Shown here piece after piece: positions 13,021 to 28,004 of a stretch of 64,000 nt of DNA. How positions within the stretch are numbered: the stretch's first letter is position 1; every line of letters starts with the position of its first letter. This stretch comes from Octopus sinensis (Eukaryota). Made by a program: the position numbers and the translations under genes. The stretch lies in assembly GCF_006345805.1 (NCBI RefSeq), contig NC_043003.1, positions 110,298,001 to 110,362,000 of the forward strand, in the 5' to 3' direction. The notes beneath the pieces are model-generated. The model ran no database searches and had not been told where the DNA came from. It saw only the letters and a program-made list of their open reading frames with translations.

Positions 13021-15514
13021 TATGGTAATGCGAAGTTAAATCTTGAATGACCTCTAATAAAATTTATAGAAAAACAAATTACCGTTAATTGGTACACACA
13101 CATATATCATACGAATGATTTCTAATCATTTATGGATATACTCGAATTACCAGTAACGTTATATTCTTCGAGGCTTTCATACATTCAAAACTTATAATTT
13201 GTGAAGTGGAAAGAACTACTTATAATTCAGGCTCACCAGGAATTCTAGTAAAGGGGTTAATTGCATTTCGAAGTAAATTACACGTGTGCATCAAGTTAGT
13301 TCCAGCTCTGCCTTTAATCGCCACTATTCTTTTGATATTTCTGAGGCCACCATCTGTCAACACTGAGTATGGTTGAAGGTCTCACTAGTTGCTCCCGCTG
13401 CAACAGTGGTTTCTGGTTGAAAAGTACGATGCACAAATAGCAGTCGACTCACACCAGCCGCACTTATTGACTATATCAGTGCTGTTTGAATTCTCCCTTT
13501 CTAATTCTTCAGTGCACAGGGTTCGATAGGATCCACACCTGTGCAGCAGGTTATGAAATACAGGTTCTTCCCGATGCAGCGGGTCCCCCTGCACGGTGCT
13601 GTTGGATTCAAATGAACGGTATGACTGAAACAATTTGGCGCCAACGTTGTTGCAGATGAGATTGTAGACTACATCGTACTACCTCAGTAGCTTTGACTTC
13701 CGATTTTTCGTCAGAGTGTACTCCCGAAGCATTTTCCACAGTTGGGTGTAGCCGCAAGACAACAGAGATTCGGAATCATGATTGTCCACCGATTAGACGG
13801 AGTGTCCTTCTGATTAACAAACTACCATCTGCCTGACTGACTTGCTAATTAAGTCATAACTGGTACCTGACAGATGCCTCTAGTCCTGGTCTGAGTAGAC
13901 CATGAAGCAATAACTGACAGGTGGGTCCCTACCCCTAAAAACAAAGAGCTCCTGCAACAGGACCACACTACGGGAAGCAATTTAACATCAAAACCCAGGT
14001 ATATTACTCGATTTGTTATAACATGAATAACAGAATTTCACCTTTGTTATCTCAGATTCACTCCGACACACCACTTACCATATTGAATCTAAATTTAACA
14101 ATAATGTAAATATATAGCATAGGCATTACTAACTGAATTACCCGAAGATGGTTGGTGTGACTTTCAAATGTTCTGCTAAACCATCGAGAGTTTATTGAAT
14201 TTCTGTCTTGTCTGCAAAATGCTATAGTAAAAATTAAGCACAGTTACTCTGCGCTTGTTATTTAGAATGTTGGCTTATGTTTAAGTAAACGTGAAATGTT
14301 TAATCTATTGGTTATTAAAATATCTAATTTACTTGTGCTTTTGTCAGAAGTTTTGTATGCTCATGCATACTACAGCAAATAAAAATATGCATCATTATTT
14401 AAAGCTAACAAATATTGTTTCTTTTGACATTTTCTTCATTTGGTATAGAATTATCTGAAAGGCCAGTTCTTATGAAACCATCAGACTCACACAAAGATAT
14501 TCTACTCACATCATGTTCATGTAAATTCTCTAAGTGGATGTTTATTATGAAAGGTACGTGGAGTCGTTCCAGAGGGTATTCGTTCTACTAGGTATGATTT
14601 AACTAAGTGAATAATGTAGTAGCTTCAAGGTTAGATACAATAGAAGTAAGGCTAGTAAAATTGACATTTATATAAACTCCGAAATTAATTCCTGGGTTCA
14701 TTATTAAAAGGTTTAAATCAGCAGACACGCTGTCACTGATAAAAGGGATCCTGGGATGATTCTGCCCGTCTGTGACATATTCGTTGTTTCAGATTAGAGT
14801 TAGTGAATAATTATGTGCCAATGGGCTGGTATCCCTTAGAACGACTCTCATTTGTTTGTTTGTGTAATGGGTGTTGTATCATTATTGTTACGCATATTTG
14901 CATCTTTGCAGAAATAGCAATATATACCTGCAAAGAAACAGAACTCTGCTTATTGAGTTGAACCCTAAAATAGAAGGGAACATGCTTTGTTCGTTGCCTT
15001 CACAACCTACAAGCGATAGAATACAGTGAGATTGTTCAGTCATCCCTTTCTTATCTAGTTTCTGTTTCATCTCAATTTCGCCTGCTTGTTCGTATTTCAT
15101 TTCTGTTTTCTTCTACCCCAGTTACCAACTTTATTATATTACAATTTTACTGTACATAATTAATTCATATAATTTGGTTTCCTGTTTGTCACAAACATAC
15201 ACATACACACATATATATATATTTATTTATTTATTTATATATACATTTATATATTTATTTATAACAGACAAGAAGTTAAATTTCAGACGCAGTTTAGCTG
15301 TGAAAGTTAGGGTATTTACCCTTAGAAAAACGTGTCCAGCGAGTCGTGCTACAGGCGAATCTAACCGACAACAAATACCCACAATTTTAATGCTAGATAA
15401 TAGCTTTTGAAATGTGACGTCATTTTGTAAACAAACTTGATATTTTACAGACAAGAGACTGGATTTCGAACGCAATATATTTGTGAATAAAAAAAAGAAA
15501 GATAGAAAAAGGTG

Positions 15515-15595
15515 AGCAGCAATCGGCTACGGGGCGTTGAACCACGTACCCCTCATATACCGGCTGAGTGCTCTGACCATTAAGTTAAGCGTTTC
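15515..15595 (-). pseudogene. tRNA-like sequence (Thr-like, GGT in the anticodon position); tRNA pseudogene or SINE head
   Basis: Minus strand: D arm ACTT-AATGGTCA-GAGC, anticodon arm CTCAG-CCGGTAT-ATGAG, T arm CGTGG-TTCAACG-CCCCG; acceptor stem broken; T-runs follow. Confidence 0.6.
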
Positions 15596-17680
15596 CTACC
15601 TTTCACTGCTGAGTGCAGCTACACGGTTACCAGTTTTATTAATGAGTGGTGAAATGATCTTTTCAGATATTACTTTCCAATTTTCTAATATTTGCCGGTC
15701 TAATATGAACAAATGTAACCATGTCAAAATTCTTGACCCAGTGCTGAATGCTTTCAATCGAAAAATCGCATGCAGTCTCAGAACAATAAATGCTGCTGAC
15801 TTATATATTCTGAAAGCCCAAGCACCTTGTGCCATAAAAAAATCAGCACCTATGATGCGTTCTATTTATGTAAATATTCAAACAGGATCCTATTTTAGAC
15901 GAAACATTAGCTCAGAAATACTGAAATCATGAAAAATCTTCCTTAAATATATTGCCGCTAGAGCAGTAGACACATTTACGAGGGCTGAGTTAATACAAGA
16001 ATCCCTGTATTTTCATTGGTTTCCTAAAATATGAATCAAGTTATTATTAATTCAAATATTGATATTTCAAATATGTAATAACAAATCAGATAATGTAATT
16101 CATGTCACCAATTACAAGACAGAAAATGAACCATCGTCCTGAAACTTACGAAATTGTGGATTTGGTTCTGTGAGACCAATGGAATATGCCTAGCATGATT
16201 GATATCATTATTCATTTAGTTGTCTTTGATTATTATGCCACAGGACTACAGCTTGGATATTTTCATCAAAAGTAGATATAAAAAAGAAATTCTGTTAACA
16301 AAGTCGTTTTCTGAATTGGTGTTCCAAAATTACTGCAAGGAGGAGCATGCAGCAGTTTTAAGATTCATGTGTTGTTTGTACGGATAAATGGTATCAAATC
16401 TATGCGATAGTACATATATTTAAGGTTTGGTTATGAAAAGGCAGAAAAGAAGATATCTAGTGTAGCACTCAAGCAGTCAGGTTTTATATCATTTATAAAT
16501 AGGAAAGTGAAGAGATTTTGCTTAAGGGCAAAGCCTGAAATATATGTACGAGAATTAAGAGAAGGGTAATGTGAGTTTTACATAAGCGAAACAATCGTAT
16601 TTTATACTAACTTTTGATTATAAGATATAGTGTAGACAGGTACATGCAGATGATGAGATATTTCCGTTTGAAGAGAAGTATAATCTTCGGCATGCCTGTT
16701 AACAAACTGTAGTACACGAATGCTTAAAATGGAGGGTTTATTTTGAAGAAGTGAAGGGATGAAGATATATCTCCTAAGAATGATAATGCCGTAGTAATTC
16801 TTTAAATATATAAAATTGCGTGCCTAATCTAAGGATACCTGCACTGAAATTAACGATTTGCACTATAATTTTTTTCTGAAAACAGTAATGTACGAAGATA
16901 TAAATATATCCCTATTATAATTAACAGTTTACTAAGCGCCACATATTAGAGTTAAATAGCTGTCAAAGACATGATTCCTGTATTTTACTTAAATATTTAT
17001 TCAGTCATTTACAAACATCTGCAATGCTCATTCATACATTATTTTCAAGGATAGCATAAATATGCCTAAAGAGTTTAATATCTTTCAATATATGTGATAT
17101 AAATTGAAGTATATTAAATACAAATATTGACATTTTGTTAAAGAGTTAAGTATTTGTCGGTGGGAAGCATATAATTAATATAATCAGCCCCCAGTGATTC
17201 TCTATTACTTATTTTATCAGCTTCCAATGCCGAACAAAGGCGATGTGCAGGACCGAACATATAATATAAAGAGACGTAATTAAAGACCTTAAGGAATTTT
17301 TTGAAGAGTTCTACCAATTATCTATTTACAAATAACGTATGACATAACCCAGAGTATATTATTAAATGCCATTCAATGTTCATTTGCAGATACCGAGACA
17401 GCCGGTTGGAGATTGTATTTCTAAAACTCTGAGGGATTAATTGCATTAAGTGCAATTTATTCTATATTTCAAAAGTAGTTTATCATAGTATGAGATGGCT
17501 ACACTGGCGCTTAAATATTTCACAAAAGTGGTATGAAATGGTAACTAAAATATATTATGGAATAGTTTATTTAAACTTTTTTTAGGTATGCTACCCTAGA
17601 TCATCTTGTAGCTTCCTGGATCAAAATTTTCTTTTTCCTTTTTTTTCACCATATTAGAAGAATTATTAATAATATAAAGC

Positions 17681-17990
17681 TTAACTACGTGGCTATGGCA
17701 GTTAAATATGTGTATTGTATTGCCACATTGCTTGGCTTCGACATCTTAATATGCCTCTCATAGAGAGCTTTCATTTGAATACAACTTTGTATAGTTTTAT
17801 TTTACAATAGCTGGGATATGTTGATTGAAATTCAATACATGCCATTTTTTCGTCACTTATGTCTCAGTAATTTTCGTACCTAATATTTTTTAACTAGGTT
17901 TTCATCAAAAGATTTCTCTTAAAGACCACATTCACTTTGACAATATGAATAGTGTGATGACCCAGCGACTAAAATTAACTGTATTTTGCC
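17681..17990. repeat. Unclassified interspersed repeat, possibly a non-autonomous DNA element; its start recurs at 22531
   Basis: 20-bp exact match TTAACTACGTGGCTATGGCA at 17681-17700 and 22531-22550, with weaker similarity for ~45 bp beyond. The right boundary is a guess. Confidence 0.45.
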
Positions 17991-18296
17991 AAGAAGACAT
18001 GATTGTTTCATTAACAATGTATTTTCACCTTACTATCGCACCTTGGATCTCACATACTTTGACTTACCTTTTATTCTAAAGAACCAAGTTTCAATCATTT
18101 TATCTCCAGATGTAGGTTAGGACGTCACCATCATTGCTAAGAAAACCCGCATTCAGTTTAATTGAGAACTGAATTACTGATGAAGCCTACAAGTTCTCGC
18201 AAGTGACTATAAGTTTACCTGAAGAATATATTCACCCACGTCAGTCGGTAAATAATGTATGCATATAGAAACCCGCAAACAGATACGCTTCTCTAA

Positions 18297-18331
<35 letters not shown>

Positions 18332-18367
18332 TCAACACACACACACATATATATATATATACATATT

Positions 18368-18400
<33 letters not shown>

Positions 18401-21400
18401 TTGTGTAAAATAGCAATTAGAAAGAATTTCACTGAACAGAGCAAAACAGATATCAGAAAGCTTAGAATATATCGAAATCAAAAGCTAATTAATCCCCAAA
18501 CACAAAATGTTAAAACCTAAATCACTAGAGATAATAGTAGAGCATGGGCGCCAACCAATACCAACATTAAAATACGAAATACACTTATTGATTATTATTG
18601 TGGTGATGACTCACCAACGCCCAACATTTGAAAGTGCACTTTCAAGAAATAAAGTCTAGATATATATCATTTCGCTGAATGAGTTAAATTTCGAAAATAT
18701 TTCATTAATCAGCTCCAAACTCGCTAAAAGCTATATCACACTAAACCCGAGAGATGTCTTGCACAAACATACCTTACCGAGGCCACAGAACCTGACATGT
18801 TATGTCGAAAGAAGTGGACTCTGCTAATTCAGACATAATGTGTGAAAGCTCCTTTAGCAGGAGAGGGAGGATTATAACATCTTTTGCGTCATCTTTAATC
18901 CAGAGGAGAAGATGAATTGTATAAGATGCACATGCTGCTACAGTGGCCAAACAATTTTGGGGAAATGTGATAGAACGGAATCCATGAAGAGATACTTCGA
19001 CAACACCGAGCCTGGCATTGCGGTGTGCATGCTTGGTTGCTCATAGCACAATGTGAAAAATTTATCATGGCAACTTTATCATTTTCTGATGTACGGTGTT
19101 GCGATCATTATGATTTTGATTAGTCGGTCGACATTTTGCGAGCCACCGCACGTGATTCAATTCTTTTTTTTTTGTAAGATGCTGAAGCAAGTAGTTTGTT
19201 TCTTTAATATAATGGCGTAAGTGAGGGCGATTAACGAGGATGATGGGTGAGTGATTTTTTGCAAAGAAAGAATGGAGTCAATTACAACAATAGTGCAAAA
19301 TCTGATGAGAGAAACTAGTGACACAAGATTATACTTCTCGTTCAGGAGTGAATTTGCAGAAACAGTGAGAACTCTACATCTTGTAAATAATTTAAGAGTA
19401 GGCTAATTACTGCCACTCGTATCGTAGCAAACTTGACAAGTATGACAGTCGCGAAAATAATACGGAAAATAATTGGAGTTTGATTTCATTACTTGCAATA
19501 TTATCAATAGCAGTGTTTCCATGTGTTCATGGTGAAATATCAATCAGACAAATATTGATAGATAATAAAAACTAAAATAGATGTACTCTAGGAAGCTTAA
19601 TTTGTCGGAGAGCAAGTAAACATCCGCGTTTTAACTAACCAGAAAAAAGTTTTTGAAACACTAAATCAGAAAAATTAGGTTAAATTCCGTTTCTGTGGTA
19701 GCATGTATCATGGCAATAGAAGGAAAAATTACGAGTTTATTAGCGTGAAATATCAAATGATTAATATAACATGATTTATTACAATGCTTTCATCCTTATA
19801 CCAGTCTACATCGGATAGTAGGAAGAACTGGCAAAGAATACGCGGTTAAAAATCAATTCCCGTCAGGACAACTGGTATAAAAAAATCAAGAGCTTCATTG
19901 ATGAGGTGTTCCCTCTATCTACATCAACACTTGCTCAAGCATAAACACTAGGGAACTATATATTACATAGGCATGTTTCTGACCTAAGTTGACATTCCAA
20001 ATGACGTGGTGCGGCAGATATGCAGCTAAAATATCCAGCAATGTACACATAGCGATTTCCTTAACTACAGTGTTCATGTCCGCAGCTGGTACGCATCAAA
20101 GTACAAGAGGAAAGTATAAAACTCCTGAAAAGAACCTCTGCTAACAGATACTTGGCAAATTTTACAGAAAGGACCTACTGAATTCTGTAATGTTTGTGCG
20201 CAAATGCTGGACTTCTCTCCAAGTGATTAAGCAAGACTCTGTTGAAAGAAAATTGTAGTGAGTCTGAGAAACTTCATAAGATTATCCGTTCCTCTGAAGT
20301 TCAGTGGTGTAATCTTTCTTTTTACTCACTATTACATGTCGTAGATAAGGAAAAAGTATTAAATAAACATAAATACTCGATGTTGAAGCAGAGATACTCG
20401 CTGAAGGGCATCCTATTTATTTTACTTACAGGCATAACTAAAATAAGTAGGAGAGAGTAAAGAAATGATATGTCACACCTAAATTTGGCCTGATGAAATG
20501 ACGCTCGGGTTGAATATGTATTCTGTAAAAACAAACGTAATTAAGTACATTAATATCAGAACGAAATGAATAGGACCCATACAAAGCATAATAGAAATAT
20601 TGTGAATCTCCTACTTGTAATCTAGACACGTAATCTCAAGACGAGTATTTCATAAGTAAACAAGACTGTCAAAATGAAATAAGCAAAACAAAGATGAACG
20701 GCAAACCCATTTCTGTTTAAGTGCAATTCCAATACGTTGCTGATTCATTGTTAATGAAGCAATCATGTCTTCTTGGTAAAATACACTTAATTGTAATCAC
20801 TGGGTCATCACAATACTCATATTGTCAAAGTGAAATGATTTCTTATGAATTTGACCAAGGGAGTAATAAGAATGAAAAATTCAAATATAAAGATAGGTAA
20901 ACATATAGATAGATAAATAGATACAAAGATAATGCGCCTAACATATTAACAGGGAATCTACTGGAAAAGAAACTGCCGCAAATTTTATTCCGATGTTTAC
21001 AATTTATAGTACGATTGTATAATTGCAATATGCACCAAATCGTGATACGAAAAATAGATCACTTAATCTTCAAGCATATAATGCACAATATATAAACTGT
21101 TTTCACAATGCAAAATTTATTCGAAACAATTACAAGCAATATCCATACAAACCTTGATAATAATCTATATAGCTGCATTTAAGAAATCTCATTCCTGGGG
21201 TCTCTTAAGATTCGTAGAACGCAAAGCTTCTTTACGAAGCATTAAGGGCCCCGGAAATGAAACAATCATTTGATTGAGATAAAATATTTTCTTTTCAGGC
21301 GTGTTATCCCACAAATTTCTTGACATCTACACATATATGTTTTGTACAATTTATTACCTGATTATTTCATGTATATAACAGCAAATATATTGATTTTATT

Positions 21401-22963
21401 AAAAACTGTCTGCTTATGAAAAGAAATGTTACTGAACGTCTAATATTGTTTACTGAAAATGTAATACATTTCAAAATGAGAAAATGAAGTGTATTTTGAG
21501 CATGATTTGTGACATTTTTTTTTACAAAGAATTATTCATGAAATATTGAAATAAATTCTACTTCCATGCTAGAGACACAAGTTGGTTTCCAAGAATATCT
21601 GTCAAAATGGTAAAATATTAATCTGCTAAGAGATTGTTTACAATTGTTGACACAATGCTGATAATTTTAATATTCTAATAAATTGTCAACATTTCCTTAG
21701 TATTCCATCCTATTTCTTCATTAGAAAACATACATATTTATATATATTATTCATTCCTCTATGCTAGTTAATGTAAATATATAGACATTATATGTGAAAT
21801 TAATGTTTCATTTGTTCCATAAGTTCAGAGATGAATAAGTAAGTTTCAAGCTACACAAAGGAAATGAAACATACATCACGTCGTTTCGATTACAAATGTA
21901 TATTAGAATCGTTAACATTTGCTTCTCTCCAGCACTAACATAAAAACAAAAATGTTTATCAGCAAAATGCACACATTATGGGCAAATTTTATTGATGTCT
22001 ACAAATTCGTGCTATTAAACTATTGTTAATGACCAGAAAATAATTCATCTTCTTCGCTAAAGGATTCCAAAATAATATGAATTTAATATGAATAACATTA
22101 ATAAAAGATTCGAGTTCTGTAGGTGCACCTGTTTCAGTTAGTGTTTCTTGTGAATTCTGTTATCACTTTATCTTTGAAGTCCAGACGATTATCATAAAAT
22201 ATCCACTCGGCATTACTTCCGTATTAAGAGTCGCTAAATGTGCATGCTTTGAAATATTTTATAATATATTCATATTCTTATTAATCTATGAGCAACCTAA
22301 AATTTCTAAGTCAGTGTCACACCTCTTCTCATAAAAATTTTATAGGCATTAACTCAAGAAAAACTTTGAGTAAACTTCAGTTTAATGGCAATTTTTCTGG
22401 CAAATAATTTGATATAAAAACGCACGTTCATATGCGCCCACATCAACGCACAAACAAATAAACACGCAAAAAAATATATACTAGGGATATTCGAGTGATC
22501 GGGAATATAACGCTTCGACAAAATAATTATTTAACTACGTGGCTATGGCAACTAATTATGACAATTGTTGTATTACCCCATAGTTTTTTTTTTCGACAAC
22601 TACAAAAATATTGTTGTTAAATTTGATATTTGAAGAGCTGTCATTTTTCCGACATCACCTTGCTACAGCAAACAATTTTAATCTATGGACGTCTGAAATC
22701 AAATTACGTACAAGATATATCGAATTGTATGTATGATATCTTCTATATATCGCCTACATGCGCGAGACATCAACTGAATGATATTTTGCATTCGAAGCAA
22801 CCTATATATTTATACTTTGGTATTTGCAGTAGAAAACAAATAATCTGTAACGATCAAGTCTTCATAACAATATTAATGTTGTAATCTGTTTAGCATTGGG
22901 ATTAAGACATTTTTGGTGATATGTATCTATCTATACACACACGCGCTCATATATATATCTATA

Positions 22964-22997
<34 letters not shown>

Positions 22998-23000
<3 letters not shown>

Positions 23001-24206
23001 GTGTTGGACGAAATAATGGAGATGCCTTAAAATTTCAAACAAATTAATTTTAAGATGGGGTAGGACCGCCTTTGGCAGTAATTACAGCTTGCATTCTACG
23101 CGGTATGGACTAGTACAAAGTTTGAATTGTTTCTAAAGGAATTTTTGTCCATTCTTCAGCTAAAACAGTCTCAAGTTCTTGTAGGGATGATGGCGGTGGA
23201 TATTGACTCCTTACTTGTTTTTTCTAAAATGCACCATAAAATGTTGAACAATATAGAGATCTAGAGACTGTGGTGGCCAGTTAAGTTGTTCAACTTCACT
23301 AGAATGTTCCTCGTGCCATTCAGTAACATGTTTAGCTGTATGAATTGGTGCATTATCATCATGAAAGATTGCGTTTCCATCCGGAAGCAGTTCCGCAAAC
23401 ATAGGGTGAATTTTATCAGATACAATGCTTAAAAAGTCTTGACTATTAATTCTGCCATGAAGGGAAACCATTTGTGTGCCGGCTTTCCAAGATCCTCACA
23501 GATACTCATCCATGTTGAACAGTTGGAAGTAGGAAGTCTGGGTCAAAAGGCTGTCTCCACACGTATACTCAGCCAGTGGTCAGAAATTGGGTATACGATG
23601 ACTCGTCCGAGAAAATAACATTAAACGCTTTGCAACGTTCGTTTTTGAAAGTAGTGGTTTTCTGATTGCAGCCCTGCCGAGAAATCCGGATTTGTGCAGC
23701 TCTCAGCGAAATATTTTTGTGGAAACTGGGTTTTCGAGGTGATTATTAAGCTCCGCAGTAATTTTGGAAGCTGTACTTTTGTGATCATTTCTAACAATTC
23801 GCGTAAGATTTTGACGGTCCCTATATGAAAGTCTTAGTTTTGTTCCGGAGATTTAATTTGATGAAGAAATTGTTCTCTCATTCTCAAACGCTGTCATTAC
23901 TTTCGAAACAGTACACCAAACATTTCAGCTGATTTTTTGTTACGCTAGCGCCTGCCATACGAGCACCAACAATTTGACATCTTTGAAAGTCCAATAGATC
24001 TAACATTTTAATGAATTTTAATTACCTTTTTCTGATGATATCTGAAACGAAACAGCAATTTTAGCAAACCATATTCAGAAACACTAATAATAAATCAAAA
24101 AATCTCAAAATAAACAAGTTTTTCACGGTTTTATAGATATTTCAAATGAATTGCTCAAAGGTTATGATGCTATGATGCTAGGTGCTTCCATTATTCTGCC
24201 CAACCC

Positions 24207-24209
<3 letters not shown>
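22998..24209 (-). mobile_element. Tc1-family DNA transposon, 1212 bp, inserted in (TA)n
   Basis: Imperfect TIRs CAGGTGTTGGACGAAATAATGGA vs (reverse complement) CAGGGGTTGGGCAGAATAATGGA, TA on both sides. Confidence 0.92.
23010..24006 (-). pseudogene. Disrupted Tc1 (DD34E-type) transposase
   Basis: N-terminus MLDLLDFQRCQIVGARMAGASV from ATG at 24006; catalytic region FHDDNAPIHTAK...WPPQSLDLYIVQHF (degenerate WPPQSPDLNxIE). The 3' end is approximate. Confidence 0.88.
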
Positions 24210-24241
<32 letters not shown>

Positions 24242-24952
24242 TTGCTTAAAGATTTTGATACTTTTACTAATTAATTTAATTATTAGTTTTCATCTGGTTC
24301 CTATTATAATTCTGCTTGTAGCATTTTTATCTTGAACTGAAAATATTTCGTAACTAACAAATCTATATCTGTTACGCGTTTTGTGAAATCATTCAGATTG
24401 TTGAATGTCTTCTAAATTTTCAAAAGTATCAAGATTTTCCATATTTTATAAATTCGGTACGAAATACAAACCATATGGGACTACATTAGAAACAATTGAG
24501 AGCTTACTAATTGATAGGAAGATTGAGTTCGTATTCTATCGCAGAATTGTTGTTACATTTATTTTCTAGATTGCATTTGTATAAGTCGGAGCTGTGAAGC
24601 GGCCTTATCTTTTAAGGAAAGCGATACATGACAGTATTAATAGCAGTTTGTTATACTCGAGTGAAAGAGCTAAACGTACGGAAACATATTTACAACAGGT
24701 GAATCAAGTCCAGGGTATAATTTTTTCAGCGATACACAGGAGGTCCAAAAGACATTCAATTTTACTTTCAAATATTAAACGTTATAATTTCGCAACAATA
24801 AATTACAAAAGTTATTGAATACAATGAAGACGCAAAAACGAAGTTATATATTCTAAGAACAGTATTTAGGAACTGAGTATATTAAATTGCGTGTTTTCCA
24901 AATCACGTGGATAATAATGTATCGACATATTTAAGCTCGAGAATTTCTACTT

Positions 24953-24998
<46 letters not shown>

Positions 24999-27900
24999 GA
25001 TATGAAGAAGGTGTAGTGAATAATGAGTTACAACAAATATTACGCGGATAAGCAACAATAATAGTTAGGATGAACATTTGTATGAGGGAGTACTTTAGAG
25101 AGGTTCCCATGGTTTAATTGTAAAGTGAATTAAGACTAATATTTATTTTGTTAGCCGTAGAACATAAGAAAATGAAACTTTCTTCTAACCAATGAAATAC
25201 GAAGCCAATATATGTACTAATCTTTAAGTTCATTGAAGACATCTCAAACTGATTATAACTTGTTAGAGTTTTGACATAAGATACTAGATCATATGGTGTT
25301 TGTGGAAATGAGCAGGAATGCGTTCTACTAAGCGGTTCATGTTGCTTGGACTCAATGTCTTTCTCAAGCTTATTTAAACTGTTAGCATAGTTTAACATAT
25401 AGTACATCTCAGAACCATTCATGTACAGTTGTATGTTTATGTTTTAATAGTTGTATACTTTTATCGAACAGACTTGTTCGAATTAAAATTTTCTGTATGT
25501 GTAATTCGTTATCAGTTCACGATCAACTGATTTGTTAGTGTAAAAAGAATACTTGTGTTTAGCCACGAACAGAAATTGCAGGTACAGTAAAAGTTAAGTT
25601 ATCATCTACATGTGCTCTTCATATAGATTACATCAATTATATAGTGGAAAGGAACGTTCCTAAATTATGTTACATACAATCATTCGGTGCTTGAATCCGG
25701 TTCCTTTATATGTACATAACCAGAAATATCACCCGAGATAAGGATTAGAAAATATGATGGTAATAAATGCTAAAAAGAAAAGTATTACTTCCAACGAGGG
25801 TTATTCCCTAAAATGTTGCAATCATATAAGCAATAACTCAGGCCATATTCTTTTCTTTTTTTAACTAATATAGTCCCGGATACACTATGTTTGAAGGAAG
25901 ACAATATAGCAATATATGTAATGCTTTTCATCGCAATTCCGTTTCATGGTTTCCTGATGGTAAAACGACAATGGAATATATGCCATGTAATTATTAAAAT
26001 CTTTCCGACATAACTGTTGCGTTTGAGGTAATTGCACTGTTTGAAATAAAAATTGGAATGTACAATGAAGTACAAAGAATATGAAGTAAATATTACAATA
26101 AATAATGATCATGAATATTATTCATAAACAATAAATACAATCAATATTAACTGAAAATTATATCACAATAAATAATATACAAGTATGTAATTTTCTTTTG
26201 TAGAAATACGTTTGTTTTTCTTTATTATTATTATAATAAAAAAACAAAGAAGCAGACTTAAATTGTGGCAACTGGATTATGTATATCGTTTGTAATTCCA
26301 CATATATTCATATTTGACATTTTTTTTTTTTTACATTTAGGTAACAGGAACATTTCCTTTTTAAAATAAAAATATGTAGAATTAAAATTAGTAACACACC
26401 ATGATTTAATTTATAACATTCGAGAATATTTCAAAGATATCATCTGTTTTTGTTTCCCTCAAATAACTTCAAATGCATTTTATCGTAATATACTTAATCT
26501 TCAATATAAATTTCTTTAACATTTTTTGCTGCACTTATTGAAACAGTCAATTGTTATGGAACATTTGACAGACAAATATAACAAGCTTTTGAAACCTAAC
26601 CATGCATGCAAATTAATCTGTAAATGAAAAACAAATAAAATGTAGAAACTATCGAAGAATTATTCATTGAAAAGAAATAAACAGTTTCAGTTGAATAGTG
26701 GTAGTAAAGTTCAGAGGAACTCTTTCAATAATGATAATAACAGTATAAACTATAAAGAATATACGCGATAATTTATCGAACATTTCAACTAGAAGCAAAT
26801 GTACATGATTCGAAATACTGGAAAACTGAACTTTAAAAATATATTTCAAAAGAGGCAACTAGTAAAATTATATATAAAATAAATTGAAATTTAGTTTGAA
26901 AAAAAAATAAATAAAAAATTGAATAATGCTGGGCTGTGGAGTCACATTTTGGAAATAATATTCAAAGGATAGTTTTCTATATTTTCTAAAAGTTTCTTCT
27001 TAAAATCATAGCTGGCTGTGCTCTCCAAAAATAAAATTTCAAGAAATCGACATTTTTCCTGCACCCGTCGGTTTTCAAAATTGATATTAAAAAAGAATAT
27101 TTCATAATTCCTTCAGTTCAATTTATTAAAAAAAATACCAGTATGTATACATTAATGTATCTTTTAATGTATTGATTTTCTGGTGTTGCAAATATTTTCC
27201 CTTAGGAGTTAATTATTGGAACAAGGAAATGTTCACCTTTCACATTGGAAATACAAGAGGATGAAAATGATATGAAGAATGTGGCCAACAAGAGAATTTC
27301 CTGCTGAGTGAGATATGATTCTTTTTAGCAGACAACAACACGTTTCATGACTTGTTTTTCACATTGATTTTAATAACCTGTCCCCATGACCAGCAAAGCA
27401 CTTTCTTGAGTAAACCAAACGTTTGTTTTTATCAGTACTTAAATCCATATAATGATACTTTTATCCTTGTGCGATAATAATTACGGTCATATAGTTTAGT
27501 GTAAATTCAATAATTCATATTAAGTTAAATAATAACAAACTGATAGGTTTCCTTCTCAAGTGATTCACATCGCATTTCAAAGAGGATCGGAACGATGGTG
27601 GGTATGTTTTTGATAAGAAAGATGGAGTGAGAAATCCATTAATACCATACGCCATAAACTTAATCACTGCGTAAATTGTTCCTTTCATCTGTTAGATATT
27701 GAAAATGTTGATTTCGACAGTTGCATTAAGGGTGAAGTCAAAACTTCTGATAGAAATGGTGTATATATAGAACACTTCAGAACACATTCTTAGAGATATT
27801 TTGTTTTCCAAATTGAAAGTTAGGCAACCATTTCGATCATTTATGTTTGTTGTGTTTGAACAGAAGTGTATGTATTAAAGCACAGCAGCTCTTTTATTTT

Positions 27901-28002
27901 TTGTTAGTATTTGCTTTGCAACAATTTATTTCCGTAGAAAGCAGCAATTTTTCTACTATTAAAATATTGAAGCATCTGCATGTTAATTATCATTATTGTT
28001 GA

Positions 28003-28004
<2 letters not shown>

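Noticed and set aside
13330-13990. GC-elevated segment with an 82-aa minus ORF
   Set aside because: No recognisable domain, termini or second copy; probably a decayed repeat.
15451-15511. Plus-strand micro-exon as a CDS call
   Set aside because: It lies in a probable antisense SINE body; no recognisable protein or partner exons. Kept only as a finding.
25114-25422. 102-aa minus ORF (NKLEKDIESKQHEPLSRTHS...) and an open stretch after an acceptor at ~27206
   Set aside because: Splice signals are weak or one-sided, and no homology was recognised.
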